From positions 1,551-65,550 of the forward strand of contig PSLZ01000016.1 in NCBI GenBank assembly GCA_040289885.1: a stretch of DNA of 64,000 nucleotides, written 5' to 3'. The notes under the pieces were generated by a model. The model had not been told where the DNA came from, searched no databases, and saw nothing but the letters and a program-made list of their open reading frames with translations. This stretch comes from Armatimonadota bacterium. Lineage in GTDB: Bacteria; Armatimonadota; HRBIN16. The translations under genes and the position numbers were made by a program. Below, one piece after another: positions 50,635 through 60,648 of this stretch. Position 1 is the stretch's first letter. Each line of letters starts with the position of its first letter.

Positions 50635-52865
50635 ATGAAGTTCACGAAAGGCATCTGGTGCATGCGCGAGGGCGTCACACCGCACTACGCCCTGCATGTG
50701 TATGATTACGAATACTCTGCCCATACATTGACCCTATATGCTCCTGCCGGGGCGTGGGTTTCTAACCGCGCGGGAACACTAGATAACCCTCTGCTCACCG
50801 TGCGCCTCAGCTCGCCCCTGCCGAACGTGATTCGCGTGCAGGTGACGCACCATCTGGGCACGCCGGTGCCCCCGCCATACTTTGACCTCGAGGAGCGGGC
50901 TGTTGCGCCCGTGCGGATCGAAGAGGGAAGTGGCTATATTGCCTTCACCACCGGTGACCTAACCGCCCGTATTGCTACCGAAGGGGGCTGGGAGATGGAG
51001 TTTCTGCACGGCGGGCGACAAATCACCGCCTGCGGTGCGAAAAGCATCGGCTACATGGATACGCCGGAAGGGCGGTTCATGATGGCACAGATGGGGCTGG
51101 GCGTGGGTGAGTGTGTCTACGGATTCGGCGAGCGGTTTACGCCCTTTGTGAAAAACGGACAGGTGGTGGAGATGTGGAACGAGGACGGCGGCACCGCCAC
51201 CGAAATCGCCTACAAGAACATTCCCTTCTATCTCACCAATCGGGGCTATGGCGTGTTCGTCGCGCATCCGGAAAAGGTCTCGTTCGAGGTGGGTTCCGAG
51301 TGGGTGCAAAAAGTGCAGTTCAGTGTGCCCGGCGAGGCACTAGATTTCTATGTGATAGGCGGTGCCACCCCGAAAGAGATCATCAGCCGGTACACTGCTC
51401 TGACAGGACGTCCTGCCCTACCGCCGGCGTGGTCGTTCGGGCTGTGGCTAAGCACCTCCTTCACCACGAACTACGACGAGCAGACGGTCACGCACTTTAT
51501 CGACGGCATGGCACAGCGCGACATCCCACTGAGCGTGTTTCACTTCGATTGCTTCTGGATGCGCGAGTTCCACTGGTGCGATTTTGAATGGGACCAGCGT
51601 GTTTTCCCCGACCCGGAGGGCATGCTGAGCCGGCTCAAAGAGCGCAGACTGCACATCTGCGTGTGGATCAACCCGTATATCGCCCAACGCTCGGCTCTGT
51701 TCGAGGAAGGGATGGCGAACGGCTACCTGCTGAAGTGCCCAGACGGCAGTGTGTGGCAGACCGACCTGTGGCAGGCGGGGATGGGCATTGTGGACTTCAC
51801 CAACCCCGACGCCCGGCGATGGTTCCAGAGCAAACCGCGCCGACTGTTGGAGATGGGTGTGGACTGCTTTAAGACCGACTTCGGCGAGCGTATCCCCACC
51901 GACGTGGTCTATCACGACGGCTCCGACCCCGTGCGGATGCATAACTTTTACTCCTACCTGTACAACCGAACCGTGCACGAACTGCTGGTACAGGAACGGG
52001 GCGAAGGCGAGGCGGTACTGTTTGCCCGCTCAGCCTGTGTGGGTTCGGATTCTGGAGCCACGACATTGGCGGCTTTGTGGACACCGCTCCCGCTCACCTG
52101 TACAAACGGTGGTGCGCCTTTGGATTGCTCTCCTCGCACAGCCGGTTGCACGGAAACAGCTCCTATCGCGTGCCCTGGCTATTTGACGAGGAGGCGGTGG
52201 ACGTTCTGCGCTTCTTCACCCGGCTCAAGTGCCGTCTGATGCCTTACCTGTTCCAAGAGGCTTGTGAGGCGCACACGCAGGGGATTCCCATGATGCGCGC
52301 GATGTTCGTGGAGTTCCCCAACGACCCAGGCTGCGATACGCTGGACAGGCAGTACATGCTGGGTGAGGCGTTGCTGGTGGCGCCCGTCTTTTCGCCGGAC
52401 GGCGTGGTGGACTATTACCTGCCTGCCGGTCGCTGGACGAATCTGCTCAGCGGGCAGGTGGTGGAGGGCGGGCGATGGGTACGCGAACAGCATGACTTTC
52501 TGAGCCTGCCGCTGATGGTGCGCCCTAATACCGTCTTGCCCATGGGCGCGGTAGACGAACGCCCCGACGACGACTATGCCGACGGGGTGACCTTCCACGT
52601 GTTCGAACTTGCCGACGGCGCAGAGGTGCACACGACCGTGCCTGACACGCGGGGACGACCGGCGCTGGTCCTGCATACCCGGCGTGAGGGCGAGCTGGTC
52701 CCCTTCCGCGCGGAAGGTCACACGCAGGGCTGGCAGGTTGTCCGACACCACGCGCACCGCGTGTCCGAGGTCAGGGGTGCCGAGGCAGAATCTGTCGAGA
52801 ACGATGTTCGCTTGATACCGGCGAGTGGGGCGCGAGAGGTGTGGGTAAGGCTCAAAAGCGTTTGA
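50635..52865 (+). pseudogene. GH31 alpha-xylosidase/alpha-glucosidase (YicI-like), apparently disrupted by an internal deletion and frameshift near 52045-52060.
   Basis: Frame 1 reaches ...KTDFGERIP (nucleophile region) and ...VLFARSACVGSDS. Frame 3 then resumes directly at FGFWSHDIGGF. The about 30 aa containing the HWGGD acid/base block is missing. The total length is not a multiple of 3. Confidence 0.6.
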
Positions 52866-53544
52866 ACCGCCACTTGACCAGCGTCCAGATGGCTTCCACG
52901 CCGTCCCACCAGCGGATCTTCTTGCCCTGCAGGGTGGTGCGCGCTTCGTAATGGATGGGTACCTCCATGATGCGCACGCCGCGGCGGATGACCTTGGCGG
53001 TCACCTCCGGGCAGAACTCGAATCGCCGACAGGTGAGAGGCACGCTTTTGAGCAGGTCGGCGCGGAAGGCTTTGTAGCAGGTGGCTTCGTCGGTGAGCGG
53101 ATGCCAGTAGAGCCAGCGCACCATCGCCGCCAGTAGCCGGTTGATCAGGTAGTTGGGCAGACGCATGCCCTTGGGGCGACGGGCAGTGAGGAAGCGCGAG
53201 CCGTATACCACGTCCGCCTTGCCTTCCGCGATGGGGGCGATGACCCGGGGGATGTCCATCGGGTCGTATTCCAGGTCGGCGTCCTGAATCATGATGATGT
53301 CTCCCGTGGCGTGCGCGATAGCGGTTCGGATCGCCATCCCTTTGCCCAGGTTGCGCTCGTGGCGCAGGAGCACCACGTCGGGCTGTTGAGCCAACAGATC
53401 GGACGTGGCATCGGTGGAGCCGTCATCTACCACCAGAATCTCCTTTTGCAAGGGGACTGCGCGCACCCGCTCAATTGCCTGCACGATGGTGTCGGCTTCG
53501 TTATACGCCGGGATGATAATACTGACTACCGGATGGTCTCGCAC
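52852..53544 (-). CDS. Family 2 glycosyltransferase (polyprenol-phosphate mannose/glucose synthase-like).
   Basis: Motifs VSIIIPAYNEADTI, VVDDGSTD and DAD. Confidence 0.8.
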   Translation of the reverse strand: MRDHPVVSIIIPAYNEADTIVQAIERVRAVPLQKEILVVDDGSTDATSDLLAQQPDVVLLRHERNLGKGMAIRTAIAHATGDIIMIQDADLEYDPMDIPRVIAPIAEGKADVVYGSRFLTARRPKGMRLPNYLINRLLAAMVRWLYWHPLTDEATCYKAFRADLLKSVPLTCRRFEFCPEVTAKVIRRGVRIMEVPIHYEARTTLQGKKIRWWDGVEAIWTLVKWRFKRF

Positions 53545-53625
53545 GGGCGGTGTTCACCCTTTTCGCTTGCTATCCATAGTGTGCCTTATGGAGCCGAGTG
53601 CTGTCAAGCCCCGATTCTTGCCGGG

Positions 53626-54630
53626 CTAATATCCCGCCTGCTTATCCACCACGTTCGTCATCGCCGCGAGGTCGCCGGCGAGGTAGGCGTGCAGGTTGTG
53701 CAGGAATATCTGCGCCGCACGAGCGCCGTAATGCGGAGTTACCCCCGATACGTGGGGTGTGATGATCACGTTGGGCATCTGCCACAGCGGGCTATCGGCA
53801 GGGAGGGGTTCGGGGTCAAACACGTCCAGCCCTGCGCCCGCGATCCATCCCTCCTGCAGAGCGCGTATCAGCGCGGACTGGTCGATAACCCGCCCGCGTG
53901 CAATGTTGACCAGGATGGCATCCCGACGCATCAGGCGCAGTTCCCTTTCGCCGATTAGCCCCCGTGTTTCGGGGGTTAGCGGCACGCACAATACCACGTA
54001 CTCGCTCTCGCGCAGGAGGTCGGGCAGTTGCGCCGAGGACAACAGCAGGTCCACGCATTTCGCTTTCTGTTGGGGATTGCGCCGCGTGGCGATCACGCGC
54101 ATTCCAAAGGCTTTGCCACGCTCCGCGACCGCTGTGCCGATAGCACCCAGCCCGACCACGCCCAGCGTCGCACCGTGCAGTTCGCGCACCTGTTCGCGGA
54201 AACCGTCGCGGTTCCATTCGGCACGCATCTGCTGGCGCACACAGCGATGAAGCCCGCGTGCAAACATCAGCAGGATGCCGCACACGTGCTCGGCGATGGG
54301 CACGGCGTGCACCCCGCTGGCGTTGGTGAGGATAATGTCGCTCGTCAACAGTTCGGGCGAGAGGGAGCCTTCGATGCCCGCACCCAGGAACTGAATCCAG
54401 CGCAGGCGGTGGCAGTAGGGAAGCCACTCCCGCGCGAAGTGCCCACATACTATGATCTCTGCCTGCGAGAGCACCTCGGGGCAGAGTTCGTCAGGAGGTA
54501 GTAGCGTCCACTCTACCCGCTCGCGCGCCAGAGAGTCCTGCTGGCATCGTGCCAGGAACTGGTCGTGAATCTTCCAGCCGGGCGAGTAGGCAAACAGCAC
54601 CTGTGTTTTGGCCGTATCGCTCATTTCCAC
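53626..54630 (-). CDS. D-isomer-specific 2-hydroxyacid dehydrogenase (PGDH/glyoxylate reductase family).
   Basis: GVVGLGAIGTAVA NAD motif and conserved catalytic R/E/H blocks. 334 aa. Confidence 0.8.
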   Translation of the reverse strand: MEMSDTAKTQVLFAYSPGWKIHDQFLARCQQDSLARERVEWTLLPPDELCPEVLSQAEIIVCGHFAREWLPYCHRLRWIQFLGAGIEGSLSPELLTSDIILTNASGVHAVPIAEHVCGILLMFARGLHRCVRQQMRAEWNRDGFREQVRELHGATLGVVGLGAIGTAVAERGKAFGMRVIATRRNPQQKAKCVDLLLSSAQLPDLLRESEYVVLCVPLTPETRGLIGERELRLMRRDAILVNIARGRVIDQSALIRALQEGWIAGAGLDVFDPEPLPADSPLWQMPNVIITPHVSGVTPHYGARAAQIFLHNLHAYLAGDLAAMTNVVDKQAGY

Positions 54631-54660
54631 AACAACAGACGACGCAGTTTTGTGCTCCTT

Positions 54661-54800
54661 GCGTTATCCTGAGCGAGAATATCATTTGGACATTCTGACC
54701 GGCTTTCCCTGTCATTCTGGTCTGCCTCTCTCTTGTCATTCTGAGCGAAGCGAAGAATCCCAATCGTTGAACAACGAGATGCTTCACTTCGTTCAGTATG
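54661..54800. repeat. Cluster of degenerate copies of the 'cattctga' palindromic repeat family. It includes an exact 25-nt match (54745-54769) to the core of the ftsE/ftsX insertion.
   Basis: atcctgagcgagaat, gacattctgacc, gtcattctggtc, gtcattctgagcgaagcgaagaatc, then cgagatgcttc (the same modules as at 15869-15931 but reordered). Confidence 0.65.
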
Positions 54801-54842
54801 ACGAACAGACCAAGATGCTCCAGGCGGAATCCGCTATTTTCC

Positions 54843-56170
54843 CTAGCGGCGAGCCAGCCCCTGAAGCGAGCGCACGGGAGCATCGCCCGAGACCCCATGC
54901 CGCCAGAAGGTCTGCGTGCGCAACGGACCGACCGATACCATCGCTACCGGCGTGCCGGTCAGCTCCTCCACAAGCTGGATGTAGCGTTTCGCCTCCTCCG
55001 GCAGGTCCTGCCAGGTTCGCACTTCGGCGATCTCCGCTTTCCAGCCAGGCAGTTGCTCGTAGACGGGCTCACACTGTTGGAGCACCGCGCTGTCGGAGGG
55101 GAACTGCTCGATCACCTCGCCGCCGGGCAGGCGATAGGCACGGCAGATGTGCACCGTCTCCAGCCCGCTGAGCACATCCAGCAGGGTCATAGCGAACGCG
55201 GTCAGACCGTTCACCTGCGCCGAGTAGCGAAGCGCCACCGTATCCAGCCATCCACAGCGGCGCGGTCTGCCCGTGGTCGTGCCGTATTCTCTGCCTCGCT
55301 CGCGCAGGTAGTTGCCGGTCTCATCGAGCAGTTCGGTGGGGAACGCCCCAGAGCCAACGCGGGTGGTATACGCCTTCGCCACGCCGATGACGGCGTCGAT
55401 ATGGGTAGGCCCGATGCCCGTGCCCACGCACGCCCCGCCCGCCACCGGATGCGACGAGGTCACGTAGGGATAGGTGCCGTGGTCGAGGTCCAGCAGAGTG
55501 CCCTGTGCGCCCTCAAAGACCACGCGCTGACCGCTTTTCACCGCGTGATACACCAGCGGGTCGGTGTCGGTAATCAGCGGGCGCAGGATGTCGGCGTAGG
55601 CGGTATACTCCTGCCAGATCTCTTTGAAGGTAGGGCAGTTTGTCGAATAGACCTGTTCGAGTAGACGTTGCTTCTCTTCCAGCGCGAGGCGCAACACGGC
55701 GGCGAAGCGATCGGGCTGGCGCAGGTCCGCCATGCGGATACCCTTGCGGGCGGCTTTATCCGCGTAGGCGGGACCGATGCCCCGGCAAGTGGTGCCGATC
55801 TGCGCGGAACCCCTCTGCTTCTCTTCCAGCGCGTCCAGCAGGCGATGGTAGGGCATGACCACATGCGCGCTCGCACTGACGCGGAGGTTGTCCACCGCCA
55901 CCCCCTGCGCCTGCAGGGAGCGAATCTCCTCCACCAGCACCTGGGGATCTACCACCACACCGCTGGCGATGATATTGGTCACCTGGGGGCGGAAGATCCC
56001 GGAGGGCACCAGATGCAGTTTGAACTCCTGCCCGTCGAAGCGCACGGTATGCCCGGCGTTGCTACCGCCGCCATAGCGCACGACCATATCGGCATCCTGC
56101 GCGAGGCAGTCTACCACTTTGCCTTTGGCTTCATCGCCCCACTGGGCACCAACCACGACCACTGCTGGCA
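54843..56170 (-). CDS. purA: Adenylosuccinate synthetase PurA.
   Basis: MPAVVVVGAQWGDEAKGKVVD P-loop N-terminus (ATG at 56170). GGAAAGGAGG SD upstream. The track ORF has a 40-codon false extension. Confidence 0.9.
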
Positions 56171-56371
56171 TAGGGCATACAACGGCGTGTGCCGTCTTTC
56201 CTCCTTTCCGTTGCGCGGGGCAACCGGCTTGATCTATTGAAAAGGTTGGGTTGTCTGCACTGCCAACCACACAGCATCTAATATACCACAAAACAGGGGC
56301 ACAGGGTTTAGCGTCCGACAGGGACCTGGGGGCGCGGGGAGGCAGTGCGGGGCATCTTCGTCATAAAAAAA

Positions 56372-56446
56372 TGGAGCGGGAGACGGGACTCGAACCCGCG
56401 ACATCCAGCTTGGGAAGCTGGCGTTCTTCCACTGAACTACTCCCGC
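56372..56446 (-). tRNA. tRNA-Gly (anticodon CCC).
   Basis: Reverse complement GCGGGAGTAGTTCAGTGGAAGAACGCCAGCTTCCCAAGCTGGATGTCGCGGGTTCGAGTCCCGTCTCCCGCTCCA. Anticodon loop UUCCCAA. T-tract after the 3' end. Confidence 0.9.
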
Positions 56447-56556
56447 TCACTCTACACCAATATTCTACACCTGCTTTCCACCGTTGTCAAGGATTCTGCA
56501 GAGGGAGGTTGAACAAAAAATCGCGGGCAATTCCCCTTGTCCATCCCCCAACTCCC

Positions 56557-56585
56557 TTGACACCCGATGCGAGTTAGGGTTAAAT
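56557..56585 (+). promoter_or_regulatory. Near-consensus sigma-70 promoter (TTGACA-17-TTAAAT) upstream of the decayed regulator.
   Basis: ttgaca at 56557-56562, 17-nt spacer, ttaaat at 56580-56585. Confidence 0.45.
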
Positions 56586-56599
56586 GGACGAACAGATAC

Positions 56600-56830
56600 T
56601 CTACGGGCAAACCTATTGTACGTACACTGAAGGAGAACATTCTCAGCGGCAGTTACCCGCCCGGCCCGCAGTTGCCAACTGAGGCAATGGACGAGACGGT
56701 TCGTGGTCAACCGGGTGACGGTACGCAACGCCCTGGCACTGATTCAGCGCGAAGGGCGGTGGTGCGCATTCCCGCCAGAGGCACTTTTGTGCGACGCAAT
56801 GAACCACTCTCTTCCCCACCAAAGTCTCTA
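56600..56830 (+). pseudogene. Remnant of a GntR-family (AraR-like?) transcriptional regulator. Its HTH is split across frames by at least two indels.
   Basis: Frame A reads VRTLKENILSGSYPPGPQLPTEA. Frame B reads RRFVVNRVTVRNALALIQREGRW. Frame A resumes with VRIPARGTFV. Together these reconstruct a canonical GntR winged HTH. There is no intact ORF longer than about 70 codons. Confidence 0.45.
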
Positions 56831-57083
56831 CGCATGGGCGCGGAAGCCGTCCGCCTCCTGATACGTCGGCTTCGGAACCCAGACCTTTCCGCCCAGCATG
56901 TCGTTTTTTACCAGTTGACCTGTATGTGCGCTCTACGACGGTACCTGCCACCGCTGTGGTGCACTAGATCCCGATGCGCTATAATATGCCAAGGAAGGTT
57001 CGCCCCCCAGGGGGGAACCTTGTGGGAGGCGTACGACCGTTCATGCGGGAGGAAAAGAAATACCCGCGACCGATCAGCGGGCG

Positions 57084-57569
57084 ATGCTGTTGGCAATTGC
57101 GGTCAGCGTAGTGGCGTCGGTATGGAGCACTCTGGTTTTAGCCTGTCGCTACGGCGGAGCAAACCTGAACAGCTGGTTCTTCATCGACGGTCCCCAGTTC
57201 CCCTACAAGGGGGCGGCAGGCAAGATCATCAATCCCTCGGACCCTAGCATCACCGGCTGGTTGCTCACAGGCGGAGGGGCAGGGGTCATGGGTTTCCTGA
57301 GCGCGATGCGCCAACGGTTTGTGGGATGGCCTTTCCATCCTGTCGGATTCTGCGTCGGGAGCACGTGGGTCGTGGGCGCGCTGTGGCTGACCTGCCTTGT
57401 CGCGAGGTTGGTGAAGTTGCTCATCCTACGCTTTGGGGGACTGCGCGGGTTTCGGACGTCCCTCCCCTTCTTCCTGGGATTGATTGTCGGACAGTACACG
57501 TGCAACGGTTTCTGGCTGGTGATGGACTACTTCAGCAGCGCAAAGGGCAATCGGATATTCTGGATCTGA
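57084..57569 (+). CDS. Small hypothetical membrane protein (4 TM, 161 aa).
   Basis: ATG 57084 is the only in-frame start after the stop at 56982. Hydrophobic segments. No family assigned. Confidence 0.4.
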   Translation: MLLAIAVSVVASVWSTLVLACRYGGANLNSWFFIDGPQFPYKGAAGKIINPSDPSITGWLLTGGGAGVMGFLSAMRQRFVGWPFHPVGFCVGSTWVVGALWLTCLVARLVKLLILRFGGLRGFRTSLPFFLGLIVGQYTCNGFWLVMDYFSSAKGNRIFWI

Positions 57570-57638
57570 TGTGGCATCATCCGAACGGCAAGGGTATAAT
57601 GCACTTGCAATGCCTTCAGGGGAGGTGCACAACACTCC

Positions 57639-58001
57639 ATGCCCATCTACGAGTACCGGTGCAACGCTTGCCGAAAGCGATTTAGCGTGCTGGTGGGAGT
57701 GATCGCCCAAGATGACCCTCTGCAATGTCCGCGCTGTGGGGCTACGGAGGTCACCCGCCTGATCTCGCGCTTTGCTCGCCTGCGCAACGAGGATGACCTG
57801 ATGGACGACATGCTGGACCCCGACCGAATCGGTGACCCCGAGGACCCCAAAACCATGCGCCGCTGGGTCAAGGAGATGGGCAAAGAGCTGGGCGAGGACT
57901 TCGCCGACGAGTTCGATGAACTGCTGGTGGAGGAAGAGAAAAAGGGCGCGTCGGGCGAGGGGGAGAGTGAATCGGACGACACAGGCGACGACCTGCTCTA
58001 A
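57639..58001 (+). CDS. FmdB-family zinc-ribbon protein with an acidic C-terminal tail.
   Basis: MPIYEYRCNACRKRFSV...LQCPRCG (CxxC...CxxC). The 3' end overlaps the selB end. Confidence 0.75.
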   Translation: MPIYEYRCNACRKRFSVLVGVIAQDDPLQCPRCGATEVTRLISRFARLRNEDDLMDDMLDPDRIGDPEDPKTMRRWVKEMGKELGEDFADEFDELLVEEEKKGASGEGESESDDTGDDLL

Positions 58002-59905
58002 TCCGGCTCCGCCAGTACGCGTTCATCCCCTACTCGGCGAGTCAGGCGGATGCTGTCGAAGTACTCTAGCAAGGGCACTACGAACTTCCGGCTGGAGCCG
58101 GTGAGGTCGCGAAACTCCCCGACGCTCAACGAACCCTTCTGCCGTATCGTGCGGCGCACCAGCTCCGCCAGCTCCTGAATCACCTCCTGATGAAAGAACA
58201 GCTCCTCTTCCAACCGCACCAGCACCCCCATCTCCACCAGAACCTGTATCATCGCCCGCACGGCATCGGGAGGTGCCCCCACCTGTTGCGCGATGACGGC
58301 GACCGGCGGGGGAGTGCTCCCGCCCTCACGAATAACCTGCGCTACACGCTCTGCCAACCGCTGCTGACGCTCGTTGAGGCGAATAGAGAAATCCGCCAGC
58401 CGTACCAGCGCACCCTGCGAGGCGATCACTCCCTCCTCCTGCCAGCGAGTGAGCAATGCCTCAAAGAGGCGTGGTGAGAGGTGCCTAGCTGTGGTGGAGC
58501 GCAGTTCCTCGCGAGGCATGCCGGCACGCAAGGGGTTCTGTTGATGGTAGCGTTCCAGAGCTTGCCGCACTCGCTCCAGCAGTTCCTGCCAGACGCTCCG
58601 GGCAAACCATCGCTCGCCGACGCGCAGAACCTGCCCTTCTTGCTCCAGCCGTTGGAGCCACTGCGAAACGCGGGAGACATCGGTTTCGGCGCGACGGGCA
58701 AGCTCTAAGGCGTCCAAACCCTCTGGAGCCTGCGCCAGGATCGCCAGCACGCGCTCCGCCGGCTCGCCAGTCAACAGTGACCCCAGATGCGCTATCACGA
58801 CGGGGGCAAATCGCTTGTGCCGAGGCGCGTGCGGCTCGAGCACCACTCCACCCCCGAGGGTGAACATGGGCGAATAGGTGCGGATGACAAAGCGGTCCCC
58901 ACGTGCGCAAACCAGGGGCTCTTCCAGCCGTATCTGCACGAACCCCTGCGCCCCCAGCTCCAGACGTTCGTTGTCCAACAGAGACACCCGCCCGATTACC
59001 TCTGCCGTGCCCAGATACACCCGTATCCGCGTCCGGTGAGCCAGTGCTTTGACCGCATCGGGAAGAAGCGTCACCTGCGCGTCAAAGGCTTGCGTCGAAC
59101 GGAACAGACCGGGCGGCACGCACACCATCCCGCGCTCGATGGCTGTTTTCTCCACACCGGGTAGGTTGATAGCGACCCGACTGCCTGCAACCGCCTCCTC
59201 CACCCTGCGTCCGTGCACCTGTATCTGCCTCGCCCGAGTCGTAATCCCCACGGGCAATATCTCGATGGCAGAGCCTACGCCAATCCTGCCGCTGACCAGC
59301 GTGCCGGTAACCACAGTGCCCGCCCCAGCCAGCGTGAACACCCGGTCAATGGGCAACCGAAAGGGAGCGTTGGTCTCGCGAGGGGGCACGCGTTCTACCG
59401 CCTCCTGCAGAGCAAGGCGTAGTGCGTCCAGCCCCTGCCCCGTCACCGCCGACACTGCAAGCACCGGCGCATCCCTCAACGGCGTATCCTGCAAGAACCG
59501 ACGCACCTCTTCGGTAACCAGCTGAAGCCACTCCTCGTCCACCAAGTCGCACTTGGTCAGCGCCACCACTCCTGCTTTCACGTCCAGCAGGCGCAGGATG
59601 TCTAGATGCTCGCGCGTCTGGGGCATGATGCCCTCATCGGCGGCGATTACCAGCAGAACCACGTCCACGCCGCCCGCGCCCGCCAGCATGTTTTTGAGGA
59701 ACCGCTCGTGTCCGGGCACGTCTACGATCCCGACCACCTGCCCGCCCGGCAGAGTGAGCGAGGCGAACCCCAGGTCTATCGTCATGCCCCGCTCCTGCTC
59801 TTCCTTCAGGCGGTCGGGATTGATGCCGGTCAAGGCGGTGATCAGCGTGGACTTGCCGTGGTCCACGTGCCCTGCTGTGCCGATGATGACGTGCTTGTGC
59901 TCCAT
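57998..59905 (-). CDS. selB: Selenocysteine-specific translation elongation factor SelB.
   Basis: N-terminus [21 protein letters not shown], then DVPGHERF and ALTKCD G-domain motifs. 635 aa with C-terminal winged-helix SECIS-binding region (...[33 protein letters not shown]). Confidence 0.9.
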   Translation of the reverse strand: MEHKHVIIGTAGHVDHGKSTLITALTGINPDRLKEEQERGMTIDLGFASLTLPGGQVVGIVDVPGHERFLKNMLAGAGGVDVVLLVIAADEGIMPQTREHLDILRLLDVKAGVVALTKCDLVDEEWLQLVTEEVRRFLQDTPLRDAPVLAVSAVTGQGLDALRLALQEAVERVPPRETNAPFRLPIDRVFTLAGAGTVVTGTLVSGRIGVGSAIEILPVGITTRARQIQVHGRRVEEAVAGSRVAINLPGVEKTAIERGMVCVPPGLFRSTQAFDAQVTLLPDAVKALAHRTRIRVYLGTAEVIGRVSLLDNERLELGAQGFVQIRLEEPLVCARGDRFVIRTYSPMFTLGGGVVLEPHAPRHKRFAPVVIAHLGSLLTGEPAERVLAILAQAPEGLDALELARRAETDVSRVSQWLQRLEQEGQVLRVGERWFARSVWQELLERVRQALERYHQQNPLRAGMPREELRSTTARHLSPRLFEALLTRWQEEGVIASQGALVRLADFSIRLNERQQRLAERVAQVIREGGSTPPPVAVIAQQVGAPPDAVRAMIQVLVEMGVLVRLEEELFFHQEVIQELAELVRRTIRQKGSLSVGEFRDLTGSSRKFVVPLLEYFDSIRLTRRVGDERVLAEPD

Positions 59906-59968
59906 CCTGCCGTGCCCCGCTTTCGTGTGCCGATTCTGTGCCTAACAGTATACCTCCTGTGCAGGAGA

Positions 59969-59997
59969 TTTGACAAAAGGATGGCGAAAGCGTATAA
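59969..59997 (+). promoter_or_regulatory. Perfect consensus sigma-70 promoter (TTGACA-17-TATAAT) for the OMP/prs/gatC/rlmN run.
   Basis: ttgaca at 59969-59974, spacer aaaggatggcgaaagcg, tataat at 59992-59997. An approx 70-nt leader with hairpin cagcaggcaacagcgggcgcactgctg. AAGGAGG SD before GTG 60072. Confidence 0.55.
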
Positions 59998-60071
59998 TGC
60001 TGGCGAACGACAGCAGGCAACAGCGGGCGCACTGCTGTCATCATCACGAATTCGCAAAAGGAGGAGTGTGA

Positions 60072-60608
60072 GTGAAAGGCTTATCTCGTGTGACAGCGCT
60101 GTTGAGCCTGGCGCTGACGCTGAGCGTGTTGGGTGCACCGCAGGCTCGGGCACAGTTTGACAACACAGCCACCGATGTCAGCATCCGCGTGGGAGCTAAC
60201 GTGGTCAACCGAGCCTCCATGCGCACGGTCGGCGATGTGTGGCTGGCGATCGGCGCGGATGTGAAACTGCGCGGAGGCTCGTTGATCGGCGAGGGTGAGA
60301 TGCTTCTGGGAATAGACCACTATACCCGCAGTCAGGGCGGTCAAACCGCCAGCATCACCGCCATCACCCTCACGCAGGTGTTCTCGGTAGACCCCACCGA
60401 GCGGTTCAAAGGCTACATCGGGCTGGGCGCAGGCGCATACGTGCTGAAGCCTTCGGGCGTCAGCGCCAAGACGGTGTTTGGCGGCAAACTGGTGCTCGGC
60501 TACGACATCAATGAAAAACTCTTCGTGGAACTGGACTACCATCTCACCGGCAAAGAGATGGACTTCCGCGGGGATAGCACCACCATCCTCGTGGGCTATC
60601 GCTTCTAG
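60072..60608 (+). CDS. Outer-membrane beta-barrel protein (OmpW/OmpA-like porin-family fold) with a signal peptide.
   Basis: Signal MKGLSRVTALLSLALTLSVLGAPQARAQ. Alternating amphipathic beta strands. C-terminal ...ILVGYRF with terminal Phe, typical for BAM substrates. Confidence 0.75.
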   Translation: MKGLSRVTALLSLALTLSVLGAPQARAQFDNTATDVSIRVGANVVNRASMRTVGDVWLAIGADVKLRGGSLIGEGEMLLGIDHYTRSQGGQTASITAITLTQVFSVDPTERFKGYIGLGAGAYVLKPSGVSAKTVFGGKLVLGYDINEKLFVELDYHLTGKEMDFRGDSTTILVGYRF

Positions 60609-60613
60609 GGCAC

Positions 60614-60636
60614 AGGGGCGGTGCTCTACCGCCCCT
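60614..60636 (+). terminator. GC-rich hairpin immediately after the OMP gene (possible attenuator/terminator, no strong U-tract).
   Basis: aggggcgg-tgctcta-ccgcccct. Confidence 0.35.
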
Positions 60637-60648
60637 TGACCACCTGGG

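Noticed and set aside
54661-54800. CRISPR array
   Set aside because: The repeats are irregular, partially palindromic and lack uniform spacers. No cas genes are present. REP/MITE-like is the better interpretation.
56372-56446. Possibility that this tRNA is tRNA-Sec (selC) given nearby selB
   Set aside because: It is 75 nt with a 7-bp acceptor stem, a normal variable loop and a CCC anticodon, so it is tRNA-Gly.
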